A stretch of DNA of 39,319 nucleotides from an uncultured Methanosarcinales archaeon (GTDB taxonomy: Archaea; Nanobdellota; Nanobdellia; Woesearchaeales; JACPBV01). Within the stretch, counting starts at the first letter, position 1. The number at the start of each line of letters is the position of its first letter. Under the pieces are notes generated by a model. That model was not told the DNA's origin. It was given only the letters and a program-made list of their open reading frames with translations, and ran no database searches. The translations under genes were made by a program, and so were the position numbers. The DNA lies in the NCBI GenBank assembly GCA_964577685.1, contig CAZNZT010000006.1:1-39319 (forward strand). Reading direction: 5' to 3'. Below, in pieces: positions 19,144 through 28,150 of the stretch.

Positions 19144-19526
19144 AAATAAGAAGTATAATATCAATACTACTGCCAATAGTAAGCATAATGTTAATAGCAA
19201 TAATAATAAAAAATCCATCAATAATAGGATTCGCAACAATAAAGCAAGAACTTTATTTAGTTAATGCAACGATTAATCTCCAGCTAGAGAATAACTATAC
19301 AATACCAGAGAACTCCTATGTAAAGATAAGCCTTGGCAACCAAACAAAGACCATGCCCATACAAGAATTTATGAAAAAAGCAGAATACAAGAACAATAGC
19401 TATATCCTAAATATAAAGGATGCTGGCATAAACAATCTGCTAAAAAAAGGAGAATATCCGATAAAGGTGAGTATAATACATAACAGCTCTATCCTATTTG
19501 GAAGTACAGATAAGGTAATAATATGA
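19140..19526 (+). CDS. Small exported protein with N-terminal TM and IIGFA motif
   Basis: 128 aa; ATGA overlap with the upstream gene. Confidence 0.7.
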   Translation: MKIRSIISILLPIVSIMLIAIIIKNPSIIGFATIKQELYLVNATINLQLENNYTIPENSYVKISLGNQTKTMPIQEFMKKAEYKNNSYILNIKDAGINNLLKKGEYPIKVSIIHNSSILFGSTDKVII

Positions 19527-19680
19527 AAAATTAATTTAAACCTAGCAAACCCTTCTAAGTTAGGTTAAACGAAATAAAAATGAGTCGCAGGAGTGCCTTC
19601 GGCACATATTGTCTTGCTTTTGGTGAAAGGATATTAATAAAGAGATTTCTCGTCTCCAAAAACTAAATGGAACGGGACAG

Positions 19681-20473
19681 CTACATACCACTTACAAAAA
19701 AACATTTTATTCCTTTTATACAACTCACTTCTTCTTTAGCGTATCCTAATTTTATAAGAATTTTTTTTTGATTTCTCATTAGGACTTTCCACTCCAAATT
19801 TATTACTTATTTTATCTGCAAAGTTTTCTACCCAAAACTTTAACAGCTTTGTTCCATATCCTTTTTTCCTTTCATCCTTCATAACAAATATTTGTCTTAA
19901 TATTGCGTGTTTATTCTCAGTCCAACAGAGAAATCCGATGTATTTTTCCTTTTCAACATCAAAAACTAAACCGGCTTTTTGTTCTTTTTCCCCTATATAA
20001 AGAAAACCGGTATCTTCTTCCTTCGCCATTAGTTGCATTATCTTGAGGACAAGAAAATCCTTTTTATCTTTACATAAACCAAAGAATAAGTTATTTTCAA
20101 TCTTTTTCTTTCTTTTTTTAATATTCTTGTTCCATTCTAATTTCATTACAGTCTGTGGTTGTAAAATATAATTTTTAAATTTGATAGCAACATGATTCAT
20201 ACATTTTGGACAGATATAACTATAACCACCAATCATACCCAGATTTTCTGGAGTTAATGAAACTTCTGTTTCACATATATTACAAATAACAACAGGTTTT
20301 TTCAAAGTTACCATTTTTAGTTTATTTTTATTAAATCTTCTTTTGCATTTATAACATTTTACTGTGTTGTCTTTATTAATTGAAATTCCTTCAAAACAAT
20401 ATTTGCAGTAAGGACATTGTAAAAAACTGACATCTCCTACTTTTTTCATTTTCCAACCTTCTAATTTTAACAT
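19681..20473 (-). pseudogene. Zn-ribbon plus GNAT acetyltransferase, frameshifted near the 3' end in an A9 tract
   Basis: CxxC pairs (CPYC, CYKC, CNIC, CPKC) and GNAT motif A (ERKKGYGTKLL). The ORF as read ends at 19736. Deleting one base of the T9 at 19761-19769 gives SPNEKSKKILIKLGYAKEE...SGM*, restoring the GNAT N..S..IL.KLGY end, with stop at 19681. Confidence 0.7.
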
Positions 20474-20530
20474 AAAAATAATTAAATTGGTTAATATTAA
20501 TAAAATTACTGATTAGCAAAAAAAGAAATA

Positions 20531-20586
20531 GAAAACTTTAAATAGTGGTGTGACTAATTGTATAAATATAATCACATTTTATCACA
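20531..20586 (+). promoter_or_regulatory. Promoter and putative RHH operator of the RHH-methylase operon
   Basis: GAAAACTTTAAATA (20531-20544), then TGTGAC (20549-20554) and ATCACA at 20571 and 20581 (inverted plus 10-bp-spaced direct half-sites). Confidence 0.5.
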
Positions 20587-20599
20587 TAGAGGGGTGAAA

Positions 20600-20773
20600 A
20601 TGGCCACGGTAAGAATTGATGATAAACTTTTAGAAGAAATTAAAGAATGGATTAATAGGGATGGAAATAAATATGAGTGTCCTACTGTAACAGCCTTTAT
20701 TAATAGTGCTATCTATAAAAAACTAAAAGAATTAAATAACAAAGGTGTTAAAAATGAATCCACTGTTAAATAA
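20600..20773 (+). CDS. Ribbon-helix-helix (CopG/Arc-like) regulator, putative R-M controller
   Basis: MATVRIDDKLLEEIKEWI...TVTAFINSAIYKKL pattern. GGGGTGA RBS favours ATG 20600 over TTG 20558. Confidence 0.75.
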   Translation: MATVRIDDKLLEEIKEWINRDGNKYECPTVTAFINSAIYKKLKELNNKGVKNESTVK

Positions 20774-21530
20774 AATTGTCTGTGGAGATGTTTTGGAAAT
20801 GATGAAGAAAATCCCAGACAATTCTGTCCATTTAGCTATTACTTCGCCACCTTATAATGTTGGAAAAAATTATGATAACCATAATGATAGGATGGATTAC
20901 AAAGAATATCTCGATTGGCTAATGAAAGTTTGGAAAGAAACAAAAAGAGTTCTTGTCCCCGGTGGAAGATTTGCCTTAAACATTGCCCCAACAGGAATTA
21001 AAAATTTTACACCAATCCATCATGATTTCGCAAATCAATTAAGAGGAATTGGAATGATTTTTAGAACTGAAATTATTTGGTATAAACAAACAATGTTAAA
21101 AAGAACGGCATGGGGTAGTTTTAAAAGTCCTGCAAATCCCCATATCGTTCCTTCATGGGAATATGTGTTGATATTTTCAAAAGATAAAGCAAGGTTAGAT
21201 GGGTCTGTAAAAAATGCAGACATATCTAAAGAAGAGTTTATGAAATTTTCAGATGGAATGTGGTATATTGCACCCGAAACACAAAGAAATGGACATCCTG
21301 CACCATTTCCAGAAGAACTGATTTACCGCCTTATAAAATTCTATTCATACAAAGGAAATACTGTTTTAGATATGTTTGGTGGAACTGGAACGGTTGCAGT
21401 AGTTGCTTTCAAAACAAAAAGAAATTTTATACATATCGATATTTCTCCAGAATATTGTAAAACGGCTGAAAAAAGATTAAAAGAAGCAAAAAGAAAATCC
21501 TCTCAATTAAAATTACCCTCTGTTCATTGA
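20754..21530 (+). CDS. Beta-class N4/N6 DNA methyltransferase (probably m4C)
   Basis: Motif IV ITSPPY precedes motif I VLDMFGGTGT; HPAPFP also present. Start taken at ATG 20754. Confidence 0.92.
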   Translation: MNPLLNKIVCGDVLEMMKKIPDNSVHLAITSPPYNVGKNYDNHNDRMDYKEYLDWLMKVWKETKRVLVPGGRFALNIAPTGIKNFTPIHHDFANQLRGIGMIFRTEIIWYKQTMLKRTAWGSFKSPANPHIVPSWEYVLIFSKDKARLDGSVKNADISKEEFMKFSDGMWYIAPETQRNGHPAPFPEELIYRLIKFYSYKGNTVLDMFGGTGTVAVVAFKTKRNFIHIDISPEYCKTAEKRLKEAKRKSSQLKLPSVH

Positions 21531-22097
21531 TTTGTGCCATTTAATAAGGTCTTTTGGTAATTCTCCCAGATGTTTAATCATTCCACCAAGTTTTGTATTT
21601 GGATTCAATATATAAACACCATCTAAATAATGACTTCCCAATAATCGATCTTTTGTTGGTTTTTCTTCACTTCCCCATTCTGATTGCCATTTGCCTTTTT
21701 TCTGTTGCCTTCCCTTATCCGGTGTAGCAAAAACCACTTTTAACTCTTCTATCAAATCTTTCAAAACAACTGCATAGAAAAGTGTTTCAGAAAATCTGCC
21801 ATGCAAACTAGTTTTACAACTTATAACAGCAATTGGGTTTTCTTGTTTATCAATAACTACCAAATCAATATCACCCCATATTTTTTGTGTAGAACCCGGC
21901 TTACCAACAGGTATGGCGAGTTTATTCCATAATTTAGAACCTTTTTTAACACTCTTACCATTTATAACAACCAATTCAGAACCCAATTCTTTCAATCTTT
22001 CATTTACAAAATCCATGACTTTGTTTTCCCATTCTTGCCCACTCCTTTGGACATAACTTTGTCTTTCATCTACTGTATTGTATTCTCTTTCTGCCAT
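21513..22097 (-). CDS. Type II restriction endonuclease, PD-(D/E)xK, BsaWI/CCGG-family-like
   Basis: SGQEWE...GDIDLVV...AVISCKTSLHGRFSE. Convergent with the methylase and overlapping it by 18 nt. Confidence 0.75.
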   Translation of the reverse strand: MAEREYNTVDERQSYVQRSGQEWENKVMDFVNERLKELGSELVVINGKSVKKGSKLWNKLAIPVGKPGSTQKIWGDIDLVVIDKQENPIAVISCKTSLHGRFSETLFYAVVLKDLIEELKVVFATPDKGRQQKKGKWQSEWGSEEKPTKDRLLGSHYLDGVYILNPNTKLGGMIKHLGELPKDLIKWHKSMNRG

Positions 22098-22290
22098 AAT
22101 AAATCTAGATTTAATCTTTTCTTTATAAAACTATTGAAAAAGGCCGCTCCGTCTTCTGAATGAAAGAAACGACGAAAAATCTCTAAAACCTAATTTATCT
22201 CAATAGATCTCAGCTCACTTAACAGCGGCCGCATATGTTAATAAAAAATACCACCCTATAAAAATAAAAAGTGCTGCTATTTTAATAAAG

Positions 22291-22521
22291 ATAAGCCGGA
22301 TATTTCTTATATAATACGTATGAATATAGAAAAATATATAAATATTAATCCTATATAATACGTATAAAACAAGAAATGGATAAGAAGAATGCCTTATAAG
22401 CCGGATATTTATAAGCCAGATATGTATAAGCCAGATGTTTCTTATATAATACGTATGAATATAGAAAAATATATAAATATTAATCCTATATAATACGTAT
22501 AAAACAAGAAATGGATAAGAA
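22291..22521 (+). repeat. 96-bp direct duplication of the HTH-gene promoter plus 15-bp tandem units
   Basis: 22291-22386 matches 22426-22521 with 2 mismatches. ATAAGCCRGATRTKT at 22291, 22396, 22411 and 22426. Confidence 0.9.
22307..22500. promoter_or_regulatory. Four operator-like boxes YTATATAATACGTAT flanking two TATA copies
   Basis: Boxes at 22307, 22351, 22442 and 22486. GAAAAATATATAAATA at 22329 and 22464. The 22307 box matches the 1473 box at 12/15. Confidence 0.65.
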
Positions 22522-22999
22522 AAAGAGGCAAATAATAGAGAAAGAGAAAGAGAGGATAAGAAGAATAAAAGAACTACTGATAGGAATAAAAAACAAATAC
22601 AACCTAAGCTTAAAAGAACTCCAAAAACTGATTCTTTACGATATTGAATTGTTCCCTTCATCAATATTCACAAACAAACTAACAGTTCTAGAGAGCATAG
22701 TAAAATACATGAAAGAAGAGCTGGGATTGAATTATCACTCAATCGGAGAGCTATTGAACAGAAATGAAAAGAATATTTGGCACACATATAACAATGCAAA
22801 AAGAAAATATCAGAAAAGGCTTCTTATAGAAGGAGAGCTAATCCCAATATCCTTAGAAATTCTAAGAAACAGGAAGCTAAGCCCCCTAGCAGCAATAATC
22901 CAAAGCCTCAGCACAATACAAAGGCTTTCTACAAAAGAAATTGCAAAACTGCTTAGAAGAAACTACAAGACAATATGGACAATAAAAAACAAGAAATGA
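22511..22999 (+). CDS. Tandem HTH DNA-binding protein (paralog of 1513-2067)
   Basis: FPSSIF..KLTVLESIVKYMKE...LLNRNEKNIWHTYNNAKRK and a second repeat LSPL...EIAKLLRRNYKTIWT. Confidence 0.8.
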   Translation: MDKKKRQIIEKEKERIRRIKELLIGIKNKYNLSLKELQKLILYDIELFPSSIFTNKLTVLESIVKYMKEELGLNYHSIGELLNRNEKNIWHTYNNAKRKYQKRLLIEGELIPISLEILRNRKLSPLAAIIQSLSTIQRLSTKEIAKLLRRNYKTIWTIKNKK

Positions 23000-24828
23000 G
23001 CAAGGAAAAAATAAAGAAAAGAATTGAAGAATTAACTAGAAATATTAATCTCGCTCAGAGGTATAAACAAGAACTAAGAAAAAGAAAAAGAAAACTTGAT
23101 GAAAAACTAAGAAACAAAGAAATTTCTCTAGAATCATATAAGAAAAAACTTGGAAACTGGACAAAAAATTATTCATACTGGGATATAATAAATTACTATA
23201 ACTACTATAACAACTATTGTACCTATTTAAAAAACAAATATGAAGAAAAACTAAAATTTATAAGAATCAAAAGCATAGCAACAATAACTATAATCCTAAC
23301 AGTACTGCTTCTATCAACAAGCTTAATAGTGAAGCAAAGCAACATAACTGGACTTGTGATATTCACAGAAACAAAGGAAATAACAAAAGAACAAGGAATA
23401 ACAATAAACAAAAGCTACCAGCTTAATCTTAACACAGCAAGCATACCGGAGATAATAGGAGTAAGGCTAAGTGGAAAGATAATAGGCAAAGGAGAGGTGG
23501 AAATATATCTAAAAAACAAAAACAAAACATATCTTGTTTATAAAAAGATAAACAGAAACAAAACAACATTGTTTAAGGACAAATGCATAGAAACATGCAA
23601 TCTAGAAAAACCAATCAGGGGGAATATCACACTAATATTCAAAATAAACAAGAGTAAACTTGTAATAGATAAAATAAAGTATATAGAATTTAACCTATTG
23701 AATTTTGAGTTAATACCAAAAGAGATAAAAGAAAACTTTGTACCTGGGAAAGTAATAAGGTATAATATCTCAATAACAAACAAAGAAAACAAAAAGATTA
23801 CACTTGCTATATATCAAGAAGGAGAACTTGCAAGATATATAACACTAGAAAAATCGCTAATAACCCTCGGCAAAGGAACAAAGAAAATAGGAATTACAAT
23901 AAACATGCCGCTCAGATTCAATAACTCCGGTACACATAAATCAAAGATTATAGCAAGATATATACCAAAAGGAGAATTTACAGGAGAAACACCAAAAGAT
24001 GAATCAACAATAAGGTTATTTGTCCCATACGAAGGAGCATTAATCAAGCCAGAACTAAACATAAATGATGGCATGCAAAAAGAATTCATCATAAAACTAG
24101 AAAATATAGGCTCAAAAGATATAAGGAACATAATAACAAGATTAGAAGTATATAAAGAAAATAAAAAAATTGAATCCCTAGAGGAAAAAGTAAGGGAACT
24201 AAAAAAGGGAGAAACAAAATATCTAAAGATAAAAGGAACAAAAAGCTATGAAGAAGGAGTCTACAATATAACAACCAAAATCATATATGATAATAAGGTA
24301 ACTACGATAAACAAAACAACAATCCTCAAAAGACCAAGAATAATAATTTCAAACATAAAGAGCATGCCATACTTCTATGAAAATGAAACAGAAATAAAGA
24401 TATCAATAAAAAGCAATATAGGAAATAGCACAACCTTATATGCAAAAGCAGAAATAATCACAAACGACGGAAGAAAGATAGACGAATATTACACTGAAAA
24501 AACGGATATAAAAAAGAATGAAGAGATTACCATGTCTGCATATTTCAATAATAAAAGATATAAGATAAAAACCGGAAAACTAAAGATTACAATATTCTAC
24601 AAAAATACAAAAGAAGAATATTATTATCCCATAAAAATCAGAGAAACAATAGAAATAGAAAAAGAATCCAAAGAAAAACTTTCTCCTATAAACCACAGAA
24701 AATATTGGCTAATCATAGTAGCAGCAATTATACTCATAAACATTGCTCTTATAACAAAAAGGCTAAAGAATAAAAAAATTATTGATTATATCAAAACATA
24801 TAGATATATAAAGAAAAATATAGATTAG
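22996..24828 (+). CDS. Membrane protein: charged N-terminus, TM, ITGLV, exported Ig-like domains and C-terminal TM
   Basis: N-terminal half resembles the giant-protein N-terminus (SG.....G.V..YL..NKTYL, F...C.ET.NL). C-terminal half resembles 17944 (GELARYITL, VPYEG, N.GSK). ATGA overlap supports start 22996. Confidence 0.8.
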   Translation: MSKEKIKKRIEELTRNINLAQRYKQELRKRKRKLDEKLRNKEISLESYKKKLGNWTKNYSYWDIINYYNYYNNYCTYLKNKYEEKLKFIRIKSIATITIILTVLLLSTSLIVKQSNITGLVIFTETKEITKEQGITINKSYQLNLNTASIPEIIGVRLSGKIIGKGEVEIYLKNKNKTYLVYKKINRNKTTLFKDKCIETCNLEKPIRGNITLIFKINKSKLVIDKIKYIEFNLLNFELIPKEIKENFVPGKVIRYNISITNKENKKITLAIYQEGELARYITLEKSLITLGKGTKKIGITINMPLRFNNSGTHKSKIIARYIPKGEFTGETPKDESTIRLFVPYEGALIKPELNINDGMQKEFIIKLENIGSKDIRNIITRLEVYKENKKIESLEEKVRELKKGETKYLKIKGTKSYEEGVYNITTKIIYDNKVTTINKTTILKRPRIIISNIKSMPYFYENETEIKISIKSNIGNSTTLYAKAEIITNDGRKIDEYYTEKTDIKKNEEITMSAYFNNKRYKIKTGKLKITIFYKNTKEEYYYPIKIRETIEIEKESKEKLSPINHRKYWLIIVAAIILINIALITKRLKNKKIIDYIKTYRYIKKNID

Positions 24829-24896
24829 AAAGTATATATAAAAAACACAATAAAAAAAGAAAGATTTATATATGAAAACCTTCAGAAAAAAGATGT

Positions 24897-25154
24897 ATGC
24901 TGAATAAGGTTCCGATAATAATAGGCCTGTTAGCTGTAGTTTTTCTAGTAGTTTCTTTGCTCACAATCATAACAATGGACAGAATAGTCATAAAACAAGA
25001 AATAGAAAAAGAACAAACGGTTGAGCAAGCTACTCAACCAAAAATAAAAACAAGTACGGGCTTTGTCAAAATAAAGATAGCAAAGCCTCCAACTCCAGTA
25101 ACAGCAAATGCTGCTGTGAAAATAAAAATAGTTAATGAAAACCAAAAAGGGTGA
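24897..25154 (+). CDS. 85-aa membrane-anchored protein with two pilin-N-strand-like motifs
   Basis: N-terminal TM; STGFVKIKI and TANAAVKIKI. Preceded by GAAAGATTTATATA (24859). Its stop overlaps the RBS of 25161. Confidence 0.7.
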   Translation: MLNKVPIIIGLLAVVFLVVSLLTIITMDRIVIKQEIEKEQTVEQATQPKIKTSTGFVKIKIAKPPTPVTANAAVKIKIVNENQKG

Positions 25155-25160
25155 AAAAAA

Positions 25161-25814
25161 ATGAGTGAAATTTCAAACAGAACATTAACAATATTGCTTG
25201 TCTTGGCAATTATAGCCTCAGTAGGAGGAACAATAATTAGTGTAAGCAGAATAAAAAACCTAGTCCTTCAGGTTCCGATAACTGGGCTAGCATCAACAGC
25301 AACTGGATATGTAAATATCACAATCGAAGAAGTAGGATCCATTGCAACAATTGATAATATTATTGATTTTGGCGATTGCAGTCCTAATGCATCAATTGGA
25401 TCAAACCTAACAAGCAATATTTCTGGTGATTGGGGAGCCCCAGGAGTATGTTCCTCAATACCAGTTGGGCCACCAGACAATATAACAATAAAAAATGATG
25501 GAAATATTTTCATTAATGTAACAGTTGAATCAGATAAGACTGGTGCTGACCTAATAGGCGGTGATGACCCCTTCCCCCCAACATTTGAGTTAGCAGCAGA
25601 TAACAATACAGATGACCCTGGATGTGTAGGCGTATTACAAGATGATTGGTTCACTGTTAGTGCCACAGGCACAGAATACAACCTATGTGATAACCTTACA
25701 AAAACAAAAAAACTCTATGTGTACGCAAAATTACGCATACCAGCTAACGCGCCAACAAGCAGTAGTGAGAAGTCAGCAAAGCTTACATTCCATGCAAACG
25801 ATTTGACACAATAG
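25161..25814 (+). CDS. Exported pilin/fibre-subunit-like protein, copy 1
   Basis: GGTGA RBS and N-terminal TM, then ITGLA, TGYVNITI, IDFG, NDGN.FINV, IPANAP, KLTFHA. Four Cys. Function is inferred. Confidence 0.75.
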   Translation: MSEISNRTLTILLVLAIIASVGGTIISVSRIKNLVLQVPITGLASTATGYVNITIEEVGSIATIDNIIDFGDCSPNASIGSNLTSNISGDWGAPGVCSSIPVGPPDNITIKNDGNIFINVTVESDKTGADLIGGDDPFPPTFELAADNNTDDPGCVGVLQDDWFTVSATGTEYNLCDNLTKTKKLYVYAKLRIPANAPTSSSEKSAKLTFHANDLTQ

Positions 25815-25899
25815 GTTTCATTTTTTAAATTACTTTTACCTTTTTTCTTCTAAATAGAAAGATATTTATAATAACCATAAACATAACCACATAATTGGA

Positions 25900-26697
25900 A
25901 TGGACCATCTAACAGCCCTAGAAAACAGAAGCATATATATTATAAGAGAAGCATACTATAGATTCAAGAAAATTGCAATGCTTTGGAGTATAGGCAAAGA
26001 TTCTACAACACTGCTATGGCTCGTAAGGAAAGCATTCTTTGGAAGGATACCTTTCCCAGTAGTGCATATTGACACAGGCTATAAATTTCCAGAGATGATT
26101 GAATGGAGAGATAGATACGCAAAAACATGGCACTTAAACCTCATTATCGGAAGAAACGAAGAAGCAATAAAGAAAGGAATTACGCCTGAAGACAAACTCA
26201 GCTGCTGCAATGAACTAAAAACAAAAGCCCTAAAACAGATTATTTCAAAGAATAAGTTTAAAGCCCTATTGCTTGGAATCAGGAGAGATGAGCATGGCAT
26301 TAGAGCCAAAGAAAGAGTTTTCTCACCAAGGGATATTAACTTCAGATGGGATTATAAAAATCAGCCACCAGAATTATGGGACTACTATAAGTCAAACCAA
26401 GATGATGAAGAACATATAAGAGTACATCCGCTATTAGACTGGACAGAACTAGATGTTTGGGAATACATAAAAAGGGAAAGAATTCCTATTGTCCCCCTAT
26501 ACTTTGCTAGAAATGGAAAACGCTATAGGAGTATTGGCTGTAAATGTTGTTGTAGTCCTATTGACTCAAACGCTGACGATATCAATAAAATAATTGAAGA
26601 GCTGAAAAAGACAGATATATCTGAAAGAGCAGGAAGAGCGCAAGACAAAGAAACTGTCTATATGATGCAGAAGTTAAGGTCGCTAGGTTACATGTAA
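25900..26697 (+). CDS. cysD: Sulfate adenylyltransferase subunit 2
   Basis: LE..SIYIIRE, WSIGKDS (PP-loop), HIDTGYKFPEM, GIRRDE...RAKERVFSPR, NQPPELW, RVHPL, YRSIGC, C-terminal LGYM. Confidence 0.93.
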   Translation: MDHLTALENRSIYIIREAYYRFKKIAMLWSIGKDSTTLLWLVRKAFFGRIPFPVVHIDTGYKFPEMIEWRDRYAKTWHLNLIIGRNEEAIKKGITPEDKLSCCNELKTKALKQIISKNKFKALLLGIRRDEHGIRAKERVFSPRDINFRWDYKNQPPELWDYYKSNQDDEEHIRVHPLLDWTELDVWEYIKRERIPIVPLYFARNGKRYRSIGCKCCCSPIDSNADDINKIIEELKKTDISERAGRAQDKETVYMMQKLRSLGYM

Positions 26698-26736
26698 ACC
26701 ATACGCAATCAAATAACAACCCAAAATCCAAGTAAC

Positions 26737-27951
26737 ATGAATATAGTCATAGTAGGCCATATTGACCATGGAAAATCAACACTAATCGGTAGACTTCTCT
26801 ATGATACAAACAGCATACCGCAGGATAAAATAGAAGAAATCAAAGAAATATGCAAAGCCAAAGGTAAAAAACTAGAGTTTAGTTTCTTTTTGGATTATCT
26901 CCAAGAAGAAAGAGAACAAGGAATAACAATAGATAGCTCCAGAATATTCTTTAAAACAAAAAAAAGAGACTATACAATCATTGATTCTCCCGGACATGTT
27001 GAATTCATTAAAAATATGATAACTGGAGCCTCAAAAGCAGAAGCCGCAATACTAATCATAGACGCTAAAGAGGGTATTAAAGAACAAACAAAAAGACATG
27101 CGTATATTCTCTCATTATTAGGATTAAACCAGACAACAGTCGTGATTAATAAGATGGACCTAATTGACTACAAAGAAAATAGATTTCTTGAAATTAAGGA
27201 CAAATTAACAAAAGTTTTAGAAAGCATTGGTATTACATCGCTACATTTTGTACCTATTGTTGCAACAGATGGGGAAAACATAGTAAAAAAATCTGAAAAT
27301 ATGCCATGGTACAATGGAAAGACCTTGATTGAATACCTAGATTCCTTCAAACAAACTAATAAACACCACTCAGCTTTAAGGTTTGTAGTACAAGGAACCT
27401 ACAAACTAGACAAAAAAGAGATAATTGTCGGCAAAATAGAATCTGGAGAAATTAAAAAAGGAGATAAGATTACCATCCTACCAAACAACAGCAAAACAAC
27501 TGTTGCATCCATTGAAAAGTTCCTTGAAAACCCCAATAAGGCAGGAGTAGGAGAAAGCATAGGCATTACAACAACAAACAAGACACCTGTAAAAAGAGGA
27601 GATATTATTTGCAAGGAAGATGATATGCCTAAGATAAATCAATTGATTAACGCAAAAATATTCTGGATGTCAGACAAACCACTCAATATTAAAGATAAAT
27701 TAAACCTAAAACTAGCAACCCAAGAGGTCTCTGCAACAATTGAAAAAATAAATTTGGTTATTGATTCCTCTACATTCCAAGAAATCAGAAGTAACTCAAA
27801 TAATTTAAACAATAACGAGGTTGGCATAGTGACTATAAAAACATTAAACCCTGTTGTGTTTGATGATTTCAAAAAGATAGCTGAAACAGGAAGATTTGTG
27901 ATTGAAAAAGATATGCAAATTGTTGCTGGAGGGACAGTAACTAATTTATAA
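26737..27951 (+). CDS. cysN: Sulfate adenylyltransferase subunit 1 (EF-Tu-like GTPase), no fused APS kinase
   Basis: [45 protein letters not shown]. Adjacent to cysD. Confidence 0.9.
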   Translation: MNIVIVGHIDHGKSTLIGRLLYDTNSIPQDKIEEIKEICKAKGKKLEFSFFLDYLQEEREQGITIDSSRIFFKTKKRDYTIIDSPGHVEFIKNMITGASKAEAAILIIDAKEGIKEQTKRHAYILSLLGLNQTTVVINKMDLIDYKENRFLEIKDKLTKVLESIGITSLHFVPIVATDGENIVKKSENMPWYNGKTLIEYLDSFKQTNKHHSALRFVVQGTYKLDKKEIIVGKIESGEIKKGDKITILPNNSKTTVASIEKFLENPNKAGVGESIGITTTNKTPVKRGDIICKEDDMPKINQLINAKIFWMSDKPLNIKDKLNLKLATQEVSATIEKINLVIDSSTFQEIRSNSNNLNNNEVGIVTIKTLNPVVFDDFKKIAETGRFVIEKDMQIVAGGTVTNL

Positions 27952-28094
27952 TGAAGATTAAAAAAGAGATTTTCTGCTTAAAAAATAGAAATATTTATAT
28001 AGAAAAAACTCAGAAAATAGGATATGTCAAATGATATAGATAAGACAGTTAAGACACTAAAAATAACTTTTCTTCCTGCAATTAAAACAAAAAC

Positions 28095-28145
28095 AACGCA
28101 AAGCGGCTGTGAAAAAAATAGTTTAATAAAAACCAAAAAAGGTGA
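28095..28145 (+). pseudogene. Degenerate remnant of the 3' end of the 85-aa gene (24897-25154)
   Basis: GCTGTGAAAAAAATAGTTTAATAAAAACCAAAAAAGGTGA versus GCTGTGAAAATAAAAATAGTTAATGAAAACCAAAAAGGGTGA (25113-25154), with indels. Confidence 0.55.
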
Positions 28146-28150
28146 AAAAA

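Larger units (their letters stand above)
19641..22184. mobile_element. Putative acquired defence cassette (GNAT, RHH, MTase, REase) bounded by 14-bp imperfect inverted repeats
   Basis: AGAGATTTCTCGTC (19641-19654) versus the reverse complement of GACGAAAAATCTCT (22171-22184), 13/14 match. Breaks the otherwise co-oriented + strand locus. No integrase or transposase seen. Confidence 0.4.

Noticed and set aside
22291..22521. Mini-CRISPR array
   Set aside because: The intervening sequences are themselves duplicated rather than unique spacers.
22215..22664. 149-aa minus-strand ORF
   Set aside because: Antisense reading of the promoter duplication and HTH gene; its internal repeat simply mirrors the DNA repeat.
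25161..25814. Type IV pilin or archaellin
   Set aside because: No class III signal peptide ([KR]-[GA] followed by a hydrophobic N-terminus) and no ATPase or TadC-like genes nearby.
26737..27951. Elongation factor EF-1alpha
   Set aside because: [21 protein letters not shown] and QTKRH plus adjacency to cysD indicate CysN.
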